Assembly (NCBI GenBank): GCA_046756865.1
Contig: JBHHXE010000001.1
Coordinates: 288-64,287, forward strand
Direction of reading: 5' to 3'
Origin: Nitrospiria bacterium
Lineage (GTDB): Bacteria; Nitrospirota; Nitrospiria; SBBL01; JAADHI01
DNA length: 64,000 nucleotides
This document shows positions 48,927 through 59,309 of the stretch, one piece after another. A model generated the notes under the pieces. The model was not told the DNA's origin. It saw nothing but the letters and a program-made list of their open reading frames with translations, and did no database searches. How positions within the stretch are numbered: position 1 is the first letter of the stretch; every line of letters begins with the position of its first letter. A program made the position numbers and the translations under genes.

Positions 48927-49837
48927 AAGTTTCAAAAAAATTAACACGTTCCATCATTTTTCTTGCATTGATGACTGTGTCCGGCACAACAAAATATTTG
49001 CCATGGCGCCTTGGTGTACGATTTGGCGGGATGCTGGGGGAAATTGCCTTTTACCTCCTGCGCCGGGAAAGAGGCCGGTCACTTGAGGGCTTGCGGCTTG
49101 CCTTTGGTCAGGATAAATCGGAGAAAGAATTAAACAAGATTGCACGACGGAACTTTCAAAATCTTGGAAAAGGCCTCATTGAAATTCTAAACTTCCGATA
49201 CCTGACGCCCCGTCGAATCAAATCACTTATTACGATTGAAGGAGAAGAATACCTGAAGGCGGCAGAGGCGAACGGGAAAGGGACCGTCTTGATCACCGGC
49301 CATATCGGAAATTGGGAGCTTATGGCTGCAGCCCTGTCGCTCAAGAGTTACCGTCTGAATGTGATCGCCGCACCGCTTTACGATCCGAGAATCGATGCCT
49401 TGATTATTCGCCTCCGTTCAAGATTTAACATAGAGACCATTAGCCGAGGGAGCCCCTCATCATCAAAGAAAATTCTTAATGTTTTAAAAAAGAAGGAAAT
49501 CCTCGGTCTATTGATCGATCAGGATACTCAGGTCAATGGGGTTTTTGTTAATTTTTTCAATCAAAAGGCCTATACGCCAGCCGGGGCGGCTCAACTTGCC
49601 TTAAAGAGTAATGCGGCAACAATCACTTGCTTTGTCACCCGGCTTCCGGATGATCGCCACAAAATTACGATAAACAAACCGATCACACTGGTCAGGAGTG
49701 ACGATAACAAAAAGGATATTGAAGTGAACACCGCAATATTTACAGCAAAGATTGAGGAGCATATCAAGCTATATCCCGAACAGTGGGTCTGGATGCACCG
49801 GCGCTGGAAAACGCAGCCTCCACCCAACAAAGGATAA
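48923..49837 (+). CDS. Lipid A biosynthesis (Kdo)2-lipid IVA acyltransferase family (LpxL/HtrB-like)
   Basis: 304 aa from a TTG start with an N-terminal TM anchor and the H-x4-E/D-type motif GHIGNWEL, in the position and length typical of late acyltransferases. Confidence 0.72.
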   Translation: MKVSKKLTRSIIFLALMTVSGTTKYLPWRLGVRFGGMLGEIAFYLLRRERGRSLEGLRLAFGQDKSEKELNKIARRNFQNLGKGLIEILNFRYLTPRRIKSLITIEGEEYLKAAEANGKGTVLITGHIGNWELMAAALSLKSYRLNVIAAPLYDPRIDALIIRLRSRFNIETISRGSPSSSKKILNVLKKKEILGLLIDQDTQVNGVFVNFFNQKAYTPAGAAQLALKSNAATITCFVTRLPDDRHKITINKPITLVRSDDNKKDIEVNTAIFTAKIEEHIKLYPEQWVWMHRRWKTQPPPNKG

Positions 49838-49840
49838 GCT

Positions 49841-50383
49841 GTGAATCTACCGAATACACTTACAGTCACACGCGTCCTCCTGATCCCTTTTTTTATAGGA
49901 TTTTTCTACCAAAGCACCGTGCAGAGTTCGATTATTGCGGCAGGCATATTTTCAATCGCATCAATCACAGATATGCTCGATGGCTATTTTGCCCGGCTTA
50001 GGTCAGAAGTCACTCAGTTCGGAAAGTTTCTTGATCCTGTAGCGGACAAGTTATTGGTACTTTCGGCATTGATTCTTCTTGTCGGCTCGAATCGCGTTCC
50101 GGCGTGGATTGCCATTGTGATTATTGGAAGAGAATTTGCTGTGACCGGTTTCCGTGCAATCGCTTCGTCAGAAGGTGTTGTTATTGCAGCCGAGAACCTG
50201 GGTAAATACAAGACCGTCTTGCAAATTCTTGCAATTATTTTATTAATCATTGAATTCAGCTCTGAAATGTACCATCAAATTGGCATGCTCCTTCTACTGG
50301 CTTCGATGATCCTGGCACTCTATTCCGCAGTACAATATTTTGTAAAATATGGGCGGAGCCTGAATATTTTGAAGGTAAAATGA
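49841..50383 (+). CDS. pgsA: CDP-diacylglycerol--glycerol-3-phosphate 3-phosphatidyltransferase
   Basis: 180 aa from a GTG start with the CDP-alcohol phosphatidyltransferase motif DMLDGYFAR....T.FGKFLDPVADK. Confidence 0.92.
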   Translation: MNLPNTLTVTRVLLIPFFIGFFYQSTVQSSIIAAGIFSIASITDMLDGYFARLRSEVTQFGKFLDPVADKLLVLSALILLVGSNRVPAWIAIVIIGREFAVTGFRAIASSEGVVIAAENLGKYKTVLQILAIILLIIEFSSEMYHQIGMLLLLASMILALYSAVQYFVKYGRSLNILKVK

Positions 50384-50970
50384 ACGTACAGTTTACTGGA
50401 TTCGGGATGGTCTTTGCCGCCTATTTTTTCGGGGCAGTCCCTTTCGGCCTCTTGTTCTCGAAGCAGATAGAAGGGATTGATCCGAGAAAAAGGGGAAGCG
50501 GGAATATTGGCGCTACCAATGTGTTGCGCACCGTCGGGAAGAAAGCGGCCGTTTTGACCCTGGTATGCGATATTCTGAAGGGAGGTATTCCCATTGCGTT
50601 GAGTCGTGCTATCGGGATAGGCGAGAGAACACTTCTCATCGTTTCGCTGGCAGTGGTTCTGGGACATATCTTTCCCGTGTACCTTCGGTTTAAGGGAGGA
50701 AAGGGCGTTGCAACCGCTTTTGGGATGTTTCTTGTTCTTTCTCCTCAAATCGCGGCAGTCGCGTCATTTTTCTGGTTAGTCGGTCTCCTCTTGTCTAAAT
50801 ATGCAGCCGTCGCAGCCCTGGTCGCTTTTGGGGCGCTTCCTTTTGTCTCTGCGTACTTTACAAGTGAACCAGGGTTTATCCTGCTTGCATCCAGTGTTTC
50901 CTTACTCGTCTGTTTCAGGCACAAGGATAACGTTCGACGACTCTTAGATGGAACCGAAAAAGAGGTCTAA
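50380..50970 (+). CDS. plsY: Acyl-phosphate:glycerol-3-phosphate acyltransferase
   Basis: 196 aa with GSGNIGATNVLR and FKGGKGVAT. Confidence 0.93.
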   Translation: MNVQFTGFGMVFAAYFFGAVPFGLLFSKQIEGIDPRKRGSGNIGATNVLRTVGKKAAVLTLVCDILKGGIPIALSRAIGIGERTLLIVSLAVVLGHIFPVYLRFKGGKGVATAFGMFLVLSPQIAAVASFFWLVGLLLSKYAAVAALVAFGALPFVSAYFTSEPGFILLASSVSLLVCFRHKDNVRRLLDGTEKEV

Positions 50971-52780
50971 AATCAAATCACAACTAAGATCTGAGGAAAT
51001 CAAGCGCCTTATAAAAGGTTCGATCATCTGTTGTTTCTTGTTCCTTACGGCATTTTGGCTTGCAGGAACAGCTAAAGCACAGAAGCCTTCCATTGAGAAA
51101 CTTTTTCAGCTTGACAGCCTTGAACGATTAAAAAATGACCGAGGATTTGAGCGTTCCGATCTTGTCTCGAAATCTCTAATGTATCAGGCGGATGAGGCAC
51201 TGCGTCGGGGGAGGACGGATGAGGCGATCCGCCTTGGAATGTTGGCCCTTGAAATATCGCCGGCATCGCCTGCGCCCCACTTTTTCCTTTCACGGGCCTA
51301 CTGGGCCAACAACAAAACAGATATTTCAAATATTTTATCCCAATATCTGGCTGGGTTACGCCTCGTTCCACAAGATTTCTGGTTCTTGTTCTCCACCCTG
51401 GAAACCGTTATCCTACTGGTTCTTATCGCTTTCCTTTTGAGCCTGGGTTCTTTTATTTTTTATTCTGCATATGCCTACGGTGCGCTCTGGATCCACCAAA
51501 TATCAGAAAGTACCAAGGGAATACTTCATCCTGTTTCGGCAGGTTTCGTCTTCTTTGCAATACTTCTTTCTCCCTTTCTTCTTGGAATGCCGCTCTTATG
51601 GTTTGCTCTTTTTTCATTTATCATCTTTTGGCGGTTTTACCAAAAATCAGAAAAATGGACTGTTGCGCTCTTTCTGATCATCATGGGAACCTCAACCTGG
51701 CTGATCCCTTTCTCACTGACATTTTTTACGGCAAAACGCGCTGATCTTTTGAACGAGATGGTTAGGAACCATCAATCCGATTATTTTTGGCTATCACCCG
51801 CCTTTGATCAAAAAAATATGGACTGGAAAGGATTGGCTTTGCTTGCGTCTTATGAGGCCCAGGAGAAAAACTATAATAAAGCGAAGGAACTTTACGAAGA
51901 TGCGCTAAGGACAAACCCTAAATCATCGATGATTTTAAATAATATAGGGAATATTTTTTTCTATCAAAAAAAATATCAAGATGCCATAAACTATTACGAA
52001 CAAGCGGTTCAATCTTCACCAAAACTTGTTTCTTCATATTACAATATCAGCCAGACCTATCGGGAAATGCTTTCATTTGATCAAGGTGAAAAATTATTTA
52101 ATGAAGCCCTTCATCTCGACAAGAATCGTGTTGAACGATTCTCCCAGAGAACGTCAAAATATCCGGGATTTCCAGTGATTGATGAACGGTTTTCAGAAAC
52201 GGAACTCTGGAAAATGGTGCTGGAAGAATACAAGACTGAAAGCACTGAGGCAGAAATCATATGGCGGGGATGGGCCGGAAATATCCCCATACAATATGCA
52301 ACGCTGATTTCTATCGGTTCGTTGATCACGCTCAGCTTGTCAGGCTTTATTTTCGATCGATTCGCTTCAGTGCGCCCTTGTGCATCCTGTCATAAATCCA
52401 TCTGCCGCCGGTGTCTGGAAAAGATATTCAGTTACCATGTTTGCAAGGAGTGTGGGCACCACTTCCGATCCGTAAAGAAAAAAAGTGACTTTGTAATCAT
52501 CGAAAAGGCGGTGAAGAAAATCCCTCGAAAATTTTATCCTTTTTTCCTGCTCCCGGGTGGCGGGCATCTTTCCATCCGAAAGTCGGGGAGAGGGGTCCTT
52601 TTCATGGGTCTCTTTTTCTTCTTAACAACATACCTGTGTTTATCCGATTCATTCTTCCCCTCAACGCCATGGCGCCTTCAGGGAGCAAAGTGGATATGGG
52701 TTCCCCTGGGTCTTATTGGCCTTTATTTTATATCACTTTTTGATCTTAAGCGTGCCTGGAGCAAGCGGCTATGGCCCTAG
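50948..52780 (+). CDS. Polytopic membrane protein with TPR repeats and a cysteine-rich Zn-ribbon-like module
   Basis: 610 aa with at least 8 predicted hydrophobic helices and central TPR-like repeats (NYNKAKELYEDALRTNP, KYQDAINYYEQAVQSSP). Three CxxC pairs occur in CASCHKSICRRCLEKIFSYHVCKEC (52379-52453). The start overlaps plsY by 23 nt. Confidence 0.7.
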   Translation: MEPKKRSKIKSQLRSEEIKRLIKGSIICCFLFLTAFWLAGTAKAQKPSIEKLFQLDSLERLKNDRGFERSDLVSKSLMYQADEALRRGRTDEAIRLGMLALEISPASPAPHFFLSRAYWANNKTDISNILSQYLAGLRLVPQDFWFLFSTLETVILLVLIAFLLSLGSFIFYSAYAYGALWIHQISESTKGILHPVSAGFVFFAILLSPFLLGMPLLWFALFSFIIFWRFYQKSEKWTVALFLIIMGTSTWLIPFSLTFFTAKRADLLNEMVRNHQSDYFWLSPAFDQKNMDWKGLALLASYEAQEKNYNKAKELYEDALRTNPKSSMILNNIGNIFFYQKKYQDAINYYEQAVQSSPKLVSSYYNISQTYREMLSFDQGEKLFNEALHLDKNRVERFSQRTSKYPGFPVIDERFSETELWKMVLEEYKTESTEAEIIWRGWAGNIPIQYATLISIGSLITLSLSGFIFDRFASVRPCASCHKSICRRCLEKIFSYHVCKECGHHFRSVKKKSDFVIIEKAVKKIPRKFYPFFLLPGGGHLSIRKSGRGVLFMGLFFFLTTYLCLSDSFFPSTPWRLQGAKWIWVPLGLIGLYFISLFDLKRAWSKRLWP

Positions 52781-53910
52781 AAGGTGCAATACAGGAGTTT
52801 GAGCTCGCTGAAATCTTTCAGATGATTCAGCGACAGAAAAAAGAAGGCGTCCTTGCTCTCGTGAAAGGGAAGGAGGGTGTCCTCGTTCAGTTCAAAGAAG
52901 GCCAGATTGTCCGGGCTGCGGATGCAGAAGAGGAAGATGCCCTTTTAAACCTTCTTCTGAAAGCCGAACAAATCAACCTGAAAGATGTCAAAACAGCGCT
53001 GGATGAACAAAAAAAAATAAAGAGAAGCTTGGCCGAAACCCTGATTTCACTTGATATTATTTCTATCCACCAATTAAAACGAATAACCCGTCTCTATACC
53101 GAAGAAATGGTTTTTCAACTTTTTGAATGGAAAACGGGAAAATATAAGTTTGAACAGAAAAAGGTCTCATATTCACCTGAGCTCGTCGAACCCTTAAGCA
53201 TTGAGTTTATCTTGATGGAGGGGGTTCGACGGATTGACGAGTGGCCGAATTTCCTCAAAAAAATACCTTCCCGCCAAATTGCTTTTGAACTCACAGCAGC
53301 CCTTTCAGGAAAAACGTCCCAGAAAGGTGCTCCTCAAGAGGATGATGAAGCCTCTTTTTTATCCGTAGGAGAAGCCTCCGCACCCGAAGAAGTTGGAGAA
53401 GAAGAGGAGTGGCTTCTCGCTCAGGTCAAAGAAGACAGAAACGTCCAGGAAATGATTGATTTGGCGGAAATGGGATCCTTTTCAGTCTACAAAGGGCTTG
53501 TGGATCTTCTCTCCCAAGGCAAAATAAAGAAGATTGGAGACCATGAAGTCAAGGTTGTTTCAGGATCACTTTCAATAAAAGATATTGAACGTCGTCAGAA
53601 AATGATGACGATTGGCTCCGGTTTGCTTGTCTTCGCTTCAATAGTCTCTTTGCTGGTGCTTTCTTTTCCCTCCATTCAAACAACCTTTCTAACGACAGAT
53701 CAAACTATTCAGGAATTCAGGAAGTTGAGTGCCTGGAAAGGAGTTGATTCAATACGGCATCAACTTGAAATTTATCACTTACGAACAGGTCATTATCCGG
53801 CCACACTACAGGAACTCTTTCATGGAGAAGGAACAAACGAGAGGGGAATAGATCCTGGACGGTGGCACTATCGGCTTCAAGGTGATCACTATCGCCTTGA
53901 GCTCAAATAG
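52771..53910 (+). CDS. DUF4388 (PATAN-like) domain protein with TM helix and pseudopilin (GspG)-like C-terminal domain
   Basis: 379 aa whose start overlaps the upstream gene by 10 nt. It has N-terminal LEGAIQEFELAEIFQMIQRQKKEGVLAL...FEWKTGKYKFE (DUF4388 pattern), an acidic linker and the TM helix MMTIGSGLLVFASIVSLLVLSF. The C-terminus reads IRHQLEIYHLRTGHYPATLQEL....DPGRWHYRLQGDHYRLE. Confidence 0.7.
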   Translation: MALEGAIQEFELAEIFQMIQRQKKEGVLALVKGKEGVLVQFKEGQIVRAADAEEEDALLNLLLKAEQINLKDVKTALDEQKKIKRSLAETLISLDIISIHQLKRITRLYTEEMVFQLFEWKTGKYKFEQKKVSYSPELVEPLSIEFILMEGVRRIDEWPNFLKKIPSRQIAFELTAALSGKTSQKGAPQEDDEASFLSVGEASAPEEVGEEEEWLLAQVKEDRNVQEMIDLAEMGSFSVYKGLVDLLSQGKIKKIGDHEVKVVSGSLSIKDIERRQKMMTIGSGLLVFASIVSLLVLSFPSIQTTFLTTDQTIQEFRKLSAWKGVDSIRHQLEIYHLRTGHYPATLQELFHGEGTNERGIDPGRWHYRLQGDHYRLELK

Positions 53911-53940
53911 CTTACATAATATATCTTATCAGACACTAAA

Positions 53941-54510
53941 ATGATAGAAGGAATACAGCGACTCAGAAAAGACCTTAAGCTTGTTCTGGCAGGATTCCAG
54001 GAAGCAACAGTGACCGTTGCAGACCATGTCAGCAGCCATGTCAAGACTGTTAAAACGACAATGGATGCACGTGCTCTCGAAGAGCAGATCAAAAAGGAAA
54101 GAGCCATTCTGGGCAGGAAAGTCTATGAACAAGCCGATACGAGCATCGATACCCTGTACAAAGAGAATAAAATCAGGGAACGCGTCACATTCATCGAAGA
54201 ACTACAAGAAAAACTCGAGACCATTGAAGGAAGTGTTTCTCCTCTGGAAGCGCTTCAGGATTTCGAGCGGCTTCTGATCAGGTCTAAATTTGCAATCCAA
54301 CAGGTCATCGTTCCGGAAGATTTTCATGGAAACGGAAAAACCATCCGCCAGTTGGCTTTTCCCTCGCAGATGCTGATCTTTTTCATCAGAAAAAAAGGAG
54401 AGACTGAAATCGCTCAGGGCGAAACTGTTATCTCTGCCCGGGATGAGATTACGTTTTTATGTGACAAGGAAAATACAAGCAAATACAGGATGTTCTGGAG
54501 AAATACTTAA
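53941..54510 (+). CDS. Coiled-coil protein with TrkA-C (RCK C-terminal)-like domain
   Basis: 189 aa. A helical N-terminal half is followed by VIVPEDFHGNGKTIRQLAFPSQMLIFFIRKKGETEIAQGETVISARDEITFLCDKEN, which resembles TrkA-C. Confidence 0.55.
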   Translation: MIEGIQRLRKDLKLVLAGFQEATVTVADHVSSHVKTVKTTMDARALEEQIKKERAILGRKVYEQADTSIDTLYKENKIRERVTFIEELQEKLETIEGSVSPLEALQDFERLLIRSKFAIQQVIVPEDFHGNGKTIRQLAFPSQMLIFFIRKKGETEIAQGETVISARDEITFLCDKENTSKYRMFWRNT

Positions 54511-54818
54511 TCCATATCTTCAGTATTATCAGTTCGGGATATTTCCTTTAAAAGCTCCTCTTCTGTAATAATACCTTTCTTGACCAGAAGAGACACCAGC
54601 GACTCAAGGTAAAAGACATCATGACTTTGTTTCGACGCGGCTTCCACACTTTTTTTATAGGTGTGCCCCGGCAGACTTTCAGTTTCTGTGAATTCCCTCT
54701 CGCGGGGCATTGTCTTAGAAGCAAGTCGGGCAATAATGATAATGCCCAAAATCCCGAAAAATATCGCGTAGAATAAACTCAATTTAATTCCTGTAAAAAT
54801 GCCGGATGAGAAGGTCAT
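54507..54818 (-). CDS. Small membrane protein with SHOCT-like C-terminal helix
   Basis: 103 aa with one TM helix (LSLFYAIFFGILGIIIIARLA) and LESLVSLLVKKGIITEEELLKEI, which resembles the SHOCT motif. It overlaps convergently with the previous gene by 4 nt. Confidence 0.4.
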   Translation of the reverse strand: MTFSSGIFTGIKLSLFYAIFFGILGIIIIARLASKTMPREREFTETESLPGHTYKKSVEAASKQSHDVFYLESLVSLLVKKGIITEEELLKEISRTDNTEDMD

Positions 54819-55632
54819 CCAATAAATTTAAGCCCAAAGACTCCTTTGCATTTCCGAATGGAACAAAAATTTCCAGCTGTCCTGAGCTATTCATAATCAA
54901 ATTTCCGCCTTCTCTCTCCCCTTCTGAATAATTCCCTTTTAATCCCCGCAAGATGTGCCCTCTTAACTCCAGCTTAAAATCGTCTCTATTTTGAATAACC
55001 TGATCGTTTAAATTTGTGATCGCATTTCCGAAGTGGTCAAAATAAACGATTTTCCCTGCCAAATCCTGCCCTGAGCGCTCTGGAAAGAGTTCATGCATGA
55101 GTAGATAATCCGAGATTTCCCGGCCCAGGCCCTCAGGTGGCCTCCCACCGGCCAATAGAGCGGCTATCGGCGCGAAATGATCCCGCCCGGCAAATGTCGG
55201 GCTACGCTTGAGACGAAGAATCTCTGTATCCAGAACCTCAAATGCAAGACTCCCCGCCTCCTGATAGATATAGCTCAAGACGCCATTATCCGGAGCAACA
55301 AAGAACTGTCCCTCTTTGACAACGATCAGATTTCTCCGAGTGGTTCCGACTCCGGGATCAATCACAATCAAGTGAATTGTACCTTGCGGGAAATTTTTGA
55401 TAGTTTCTTTTACAATAAAGGCAGCGCTGACGACATCATGGCGTCTAATTTCATGTGTAATATCAATGATTTGCGCCTCAGGAACCTGGGACAGGATAAC
55501 GCCCTTCAGGCTTCCGACAAAGTAGTCCTGCAATCCAAAATCAGTGGTGAGGGTGATCAGTGGCCTGTGGTTTCGCTTCTGAGCCTTTTGGAAAGAACCC
55601 TGGTTACTCAAATTCAATTTTGAGGATTTCAT
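54784..55632 (-). CDS. SAM hydrolase / SAM hydroxide adenosyltransferase family (DUF62)
   Basis: 282 aa with ITLTTDFGLQDYFVGSLKGVI and VIDPGVGT, typical of the family. The start is ambiguous: ATG 55632, TTG 55617 or TTG 55611, all overlapping the greA 3' end. Confidence 0.82.
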   Translation of the reverse strand: MKSSKLNLSNQGSFQKAQKRNHRPLITLTTDFGLQDYFVGSLKGVILSQVPEAQIIDITHEIRRHDVVSAAFIVKETIKNFPQGTIHLIVIDPGVGTTRRNLIVVKEGQFFVAPDNGVLSYIYQEAGSLAFEVLDTEILRLKRSPTFAGRDHFAPIAALLAGGRPPEGLGREISDYLLMHELFPERSGQDLAGKIVYFDHFGNAITNLNDQVIQNRDDFKLELRGHILRGLKGNYSEGEREGGNLIMNSSGQLEIFVPFGNAKESLGLNLLDDLLIRHFYRN

Positions 55633-56074
55633 ATTCGACTGTCTTCACCGGCGTCGTGACCTCGACAAAATCGCCGACCCGATGGCTGATCAGTGCCCGT
55701 CCGACAGGCGACTGCACCGAGATCTGTCCATTCGATAAATCGGCCTCATCCTGTCCGACCAAGGTGTACTTCTTCTTCTCGTCCGTCTCAATCGCAAGGA
55801 GATGGACCGTGGCCCCGAAAACCACTTTTTCACTTGAGACCTTGCTCGTATCAATAACCTCCGCATTAGCCAGTTTGCTCCCGATTTCCAGGATCTTTCC
55901 CTCAACGAAGGCCTGTTTTTCTTTGGCGGCTGAATATTCCGCGTTTTCAGAAAGATCACCGTGCGCTGCGGCTTCCGCTATCGCCGCAATCACATTCGGA
56001 CGTTCAACTTTTTTGAGCCGTTCCAGTTCTTTTTGAAGTTGATCAAACCCTTTTGGGGTCATGGGGACCTTCAC
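55604..56074 (-). CDS. greA: Transcription elongation factor GreA
   Basis: 156 aa with PMTPKGFDQLQKEL..L.....P.....I.EA...GDLSENAEY.AAKE and the C-terminal SPVGRALI. Confidence 0.95.
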   Translation of the reverse strand: MKVPMTPKGFDQLQKELERLKKVERPNVIAAIAEAAAHGDLSENAEYSAAKEKQAFVEGKILEIGSKLANAEVIDTSKVSSEKVVFGATVHLLAIETDEKKKYTLVGQDEADLSNGQISVQSPVGRALISHRVGDFVEVTTPVKTVEYEILKIEFE

Positions 56075-56075
56075 A

Positions 56076-59000
56076 TTATCCTCCTGATTCCTGATGATAT
56101 TCCTGAAGCGATTTCACAGCAAGCCCGCCTTCCTCGCGTAGGGCCGTAATCCCGCAAACAGCGGCCCTGGCACCTGCAATGGTTGTAAAATAGGGCGTAT
56201 TATATTGAAGTATTGTTTGGCGAATCGAATAGGAATCAATCTGAGCGGCCTTGTCTCCGGCTGTATTGATCACCATATCGATCTCTCCATTCTTTAGGAA
56301 GTCAACAATATGCGGTCTCCCCTCTTTTACTTTCTTGATCTTCTCCACAATCATGCCCTTCTCATTCAGATAGGCTGCCGTGCCTGCCGTTGCCGTAAGC
56401 TGGAAACCCAAGTCTCCCAGGCACCTTGCAATCGGCGCGACAGCATCCTTGTCCCGGTCCTTTACACTGATAAAGACTTTTCCGTTAAGTGGAAGCGGGT
56501 TATCAACTGCAGCCTCCGCTTTTGCATAGGCCCGGCCGAAATCCAGGTCGATCCCCATAACCTCACCTGTGGACTTCATCTCCGGACCCAGGATGGAATC
56601 GACATTCAGCCTTTTAAAAGGAAATGCCGCCTCTTTTACGGAAAAATTTTTCACAACCTGACTGCGTTCCAGGATGCCTTCTTCGCGAAGCGTGCCTCCT
56701 AAAATCACCCTTGTGGCAATTTTGGCCAAAGGAAGGCCGGTTGCCTTGCTGACAAAAGGAATGGTTCTTGATCCTCTGGGATTGACTTCCAATATAAAAA
56801 CTTCTTTATCTTTGACCGCAAACTGGATATTCATTAATCCTATGACTGAGAGCGCTTTCGCCAATACAGTTGTTTGATGTCGAATGGTCTCAATAAGCGA
56901 GGCATCAAGTGAAAATGGCGGAAGCGAACAGGCGGAGTCTCCTGAATGGACACCGGCCTCCTCTATATGTTCCATAATCCCGGCAACAAAAACATCAGTC
57001 CCATCCGAGACGGCATCGACATCAATTTCCACCGCATCTTCGAGGTATCGATCTATCAAAACCGGGTGCTCCGGGGAAACCTTTACGGCATGAGACATAT
57101 AATGTCTGAGCCCCGAAGCGTCAAAAACAATTTCCATGGCCCGGCCACCCAATACATAAGAGGGGCGGACCAGAATCGGGTACCCGATGGCTTCCGCGGC
57201 CGCTTCCGCCTCAGAGAGTGTCCGTGCCAGACCACTCGGCGGTTGTTTAAAGCCCACTTCCTCAAGTAATGCTTTAAATCTCTCTCTGTTTTCAGCGCGA
57301 TCAATCGCATCAGGAGAGGTCCCCAAAATACGAATACCTGCTTTTTCCAGAGGGACCGCCAGCTTCAGGGGCGTCTGCCCGCCAAACTGGACCACCACCC
57401 CGACCGGTTTTTCCCGCTCAATAATATGAAGGACGTCTTCGAAGGTCAAAGGTTCGAAATAAAGCCGGTCCGAGGTATCATAATCGGTACTGACTGTCTC
57501 AGGATTGCAATTTACCATGATACTTTCGCAACCAACCTCTTTTAAGGCCATTGACGCATGCACACAGCAATAATCAAATTCGATGCCCTGCCCGATCCGG
57601 TTTGGACCGCTTCCCAGGATGACCACCTTTTTGTTCCCGGTCGGCCCCGCTTCACACTCATCTTCATAGCTCGAATAAAGATAGGGCGTATGCGCCTCAA
57701 ATTCGGCCCCACAGGTATCAACCCGCTTATAGACAGGCACAATCCCTTTTTCTCTCCTCCAAAGCGCAATCTCTTCTTCAGAAAGATCAAGCAACGCACT
57801 GATGCGCCGGTCTGAGAACCCGGATTTTTTGGCCAGTTGAATAAGATCCAGCTGTTGGCCCTCTTTCTCTAAACGGTCTTCAAGATGGATGATCTGCTCA
57901 ATCTGATGAATAAACCAGGGGTCTATGTGGGTCAGGGAATGAATTTCTTCTCGGGTCATCCCGAGCCGAATTGCGTCTCCAAGCTGCCAGATGCGATTAA
58001 ATGTCGGTGTGCTCAAGTGTGCCCTTAAGTCCTTCCCCTCCCCTTCAAGGGACCTGAAATGGGGTTCCATACTGTCGCGGCGCACCTCCAACGATCGGAG
58101 CGCCTTCATAAGTGCCTCCCTGAAGTTTCGTCCAATGGCCATCACCTCTCCGACCGATTTCATCTGGAGCGTCAAGGTCGGGTCAGCCTTTGGGAATTTC
58201 TCAAATGCGAAGCGGGGAATCTTCACAACAACATAATCAAGGGTCGGTTCAAATGAGGCCGGTGTAACCCGCGTGATGTCATTTTGAATTTCATCCAGCG
58301 TCAAACCAACAGATAATTTTGCCGCAATCTTGGCAATAGGAAACCCGGTGGCTTTTGAAGCCAGAGCCGAGCTTCTGGAAACACGCGGATTCATCTCAAT
58401 GACGCGCATATCGCCATTTTCTGGGTTCAGGGTGAACTGGATGTTCGCCCCCCCTGTCTCAACGCCCACGCCCCGAATCACCCGAATCGCGGCATCCCGC
58501 ATCTTCTGATACTCCAAATCGGTCAGGGTTTGTACCGGAGAGACTGTAATCGAATCGCCCGTATGCACTCCCATCGGATCGATGTTTTCAATCGAGCAGA
58601 CGATGACAACATTGTCATTTTTGTCGCGCATGACTTCAAGTTCAAATTCTTTCCAACCGATGACGGATTGCTCAATGAGAACATCATGTATCGGGCTGCT
58701 TTCTAATCCGGCTTCTACATATTCCTTGTATTCTTCAAGATTGTAGGCCACACTGCCGCCCAAACCGCCCAGGGTAAATGAAGGCCGGATGATGGCGGGA
58801 AAACCCGTCTTTTCCACAATCGCCAGGGCTTCGTCCAGGCTCTTGGCGCTCCCGCCTTCGGTACAGAGCAGACCGGCCTTCTCTACAACTTTCTTAAAAG
58901 ATTCCCGGTCTTCCGCGTGCTTTATCGATTCATAATTCGCGCCGATCAGGGAAACCCCGAATTCTTTCAGGACCCCTTCTTCGCTTAAAGAGATGGCCAT

Positions 59001-59291
59001 GTTCAGGGCCGTCTGTCCCCCCATGGTCGGGAGAAGGACATCGGGACGCTCCCGTTTAATAATCTCTCTTAAAACCTCAAGGGTAATGGGTTCGACATAG
59101 GTCCTGTTGGCCACTTCCGGGTCTGTCATAATGGTTGCGGGATTGCTGTTGACCAGGATTACTTCATATTCTTCTTCCCGCAGGGCTTTACAGGCCTGCG
59201 TTCCAGAATAGTCAAACTCGCAGGCCTGCCCGATGACGATGGGTCCCGGGCCGATAATTAATATTTTTTGAATATCTGTTCGCTTCGGCAT
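56076..59291 (-). CDS. carB: Carbamoyl-phosphate synthase large subunit
   Basis: 1071 aa with duplicated ATP-grasp halves ([24 protein letters not shown] and [22 protein letters not shown]) and a C-terminal MGS-like domain. Confidence 0.97.
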   Translation of the reverse strand: MPKRTDIQKILIIGPGPIVIGQACEFDYSGTQACKALREEEYEVILVNSNPATIMTDPEVANRTYVEPITLEVLREIIKRERPDVLLPTMGGQTALNMAISLSEEGVLKEFGVSLIGANYESIKHAEDRESFKKVVEKAGLLCTEGGSAKSLDEALAIVEKTGFPAIIRPSFTLGGLGGSVAYNLEEYKEYVEAGLESSPIHDVLIEQSVIGWKEFELEVMRDKNDNVVIVCSIENIDPMGVHTGDSITVSPVQTLTDLEYQKMRDAAIRVIRGVGVETGGANIQFTLNPENGDMRVIEMNPRVSRSSALASKATGFPIAKIAAKLSVGLTLDEIQNDITRVTPASFEPTLDYVVVKIPRFAFEKFPKADPTLTLQMKSVGEVMAIGRNFREALMKALRSLEVRRDSMEPHFRSLEGEGKDLRAHLSTPTFNRIWQLGDAIRLGMTREEIHSLTHIDPWFIHQIEQIIHLEDRLEKEGQQLDLIQLAKKSGFSDRRISALLDLSEEEIALWRREKGIVPVYKRVDTCGAEFEAHTPYLYSSYEDECEAGPTGNKKVVILGSGPNRIGQGIEFDYCCVHASMALKEVGCESIMVNCNPETVSTDYDTSDRLYFEPLTFEDVLHIIEREKPVGVVVQFGGQTPLKLAVPLEKAGIRILGTSPDAIDRAENRERFKALLEEVGFKQPPSGLARTLSEAEAAAEAIGYPILVRPSYVLGGRAMEIVFDASGLRHYMSHAVKVSPEHPVLIDRYLEDAVEIDVDAVSDGTDVFVAGIMEHIEEAGVHSGDSACSLPPFSLDASLIETIRHQTTVLAKALSVIGLMNIQFAVKDKEVFILEVNPRGSRTIPFVSKATGLPLAKIATRVILGGTLREEGILERSQVVKNFSVKEAAFPFKRLNVDSILGPEMKSTGEVMGIDLDFGRAYAKAEAAVDNPLPLNGKVFISVKDRDKDAVAPIARCLGDLGFQLTATAGTAAYLNEKGMIVEKIKKVKEGRPHIVDFLKNGEIDMVINTAGDKAAQIDSYSIRQTILQYNTPYFTTIAGARAAVCGITALREEGGLAVKSLQEYHQESGG

Positions 59292-59309
59292 CTTTTGTTT
59301 ACGACCCCC

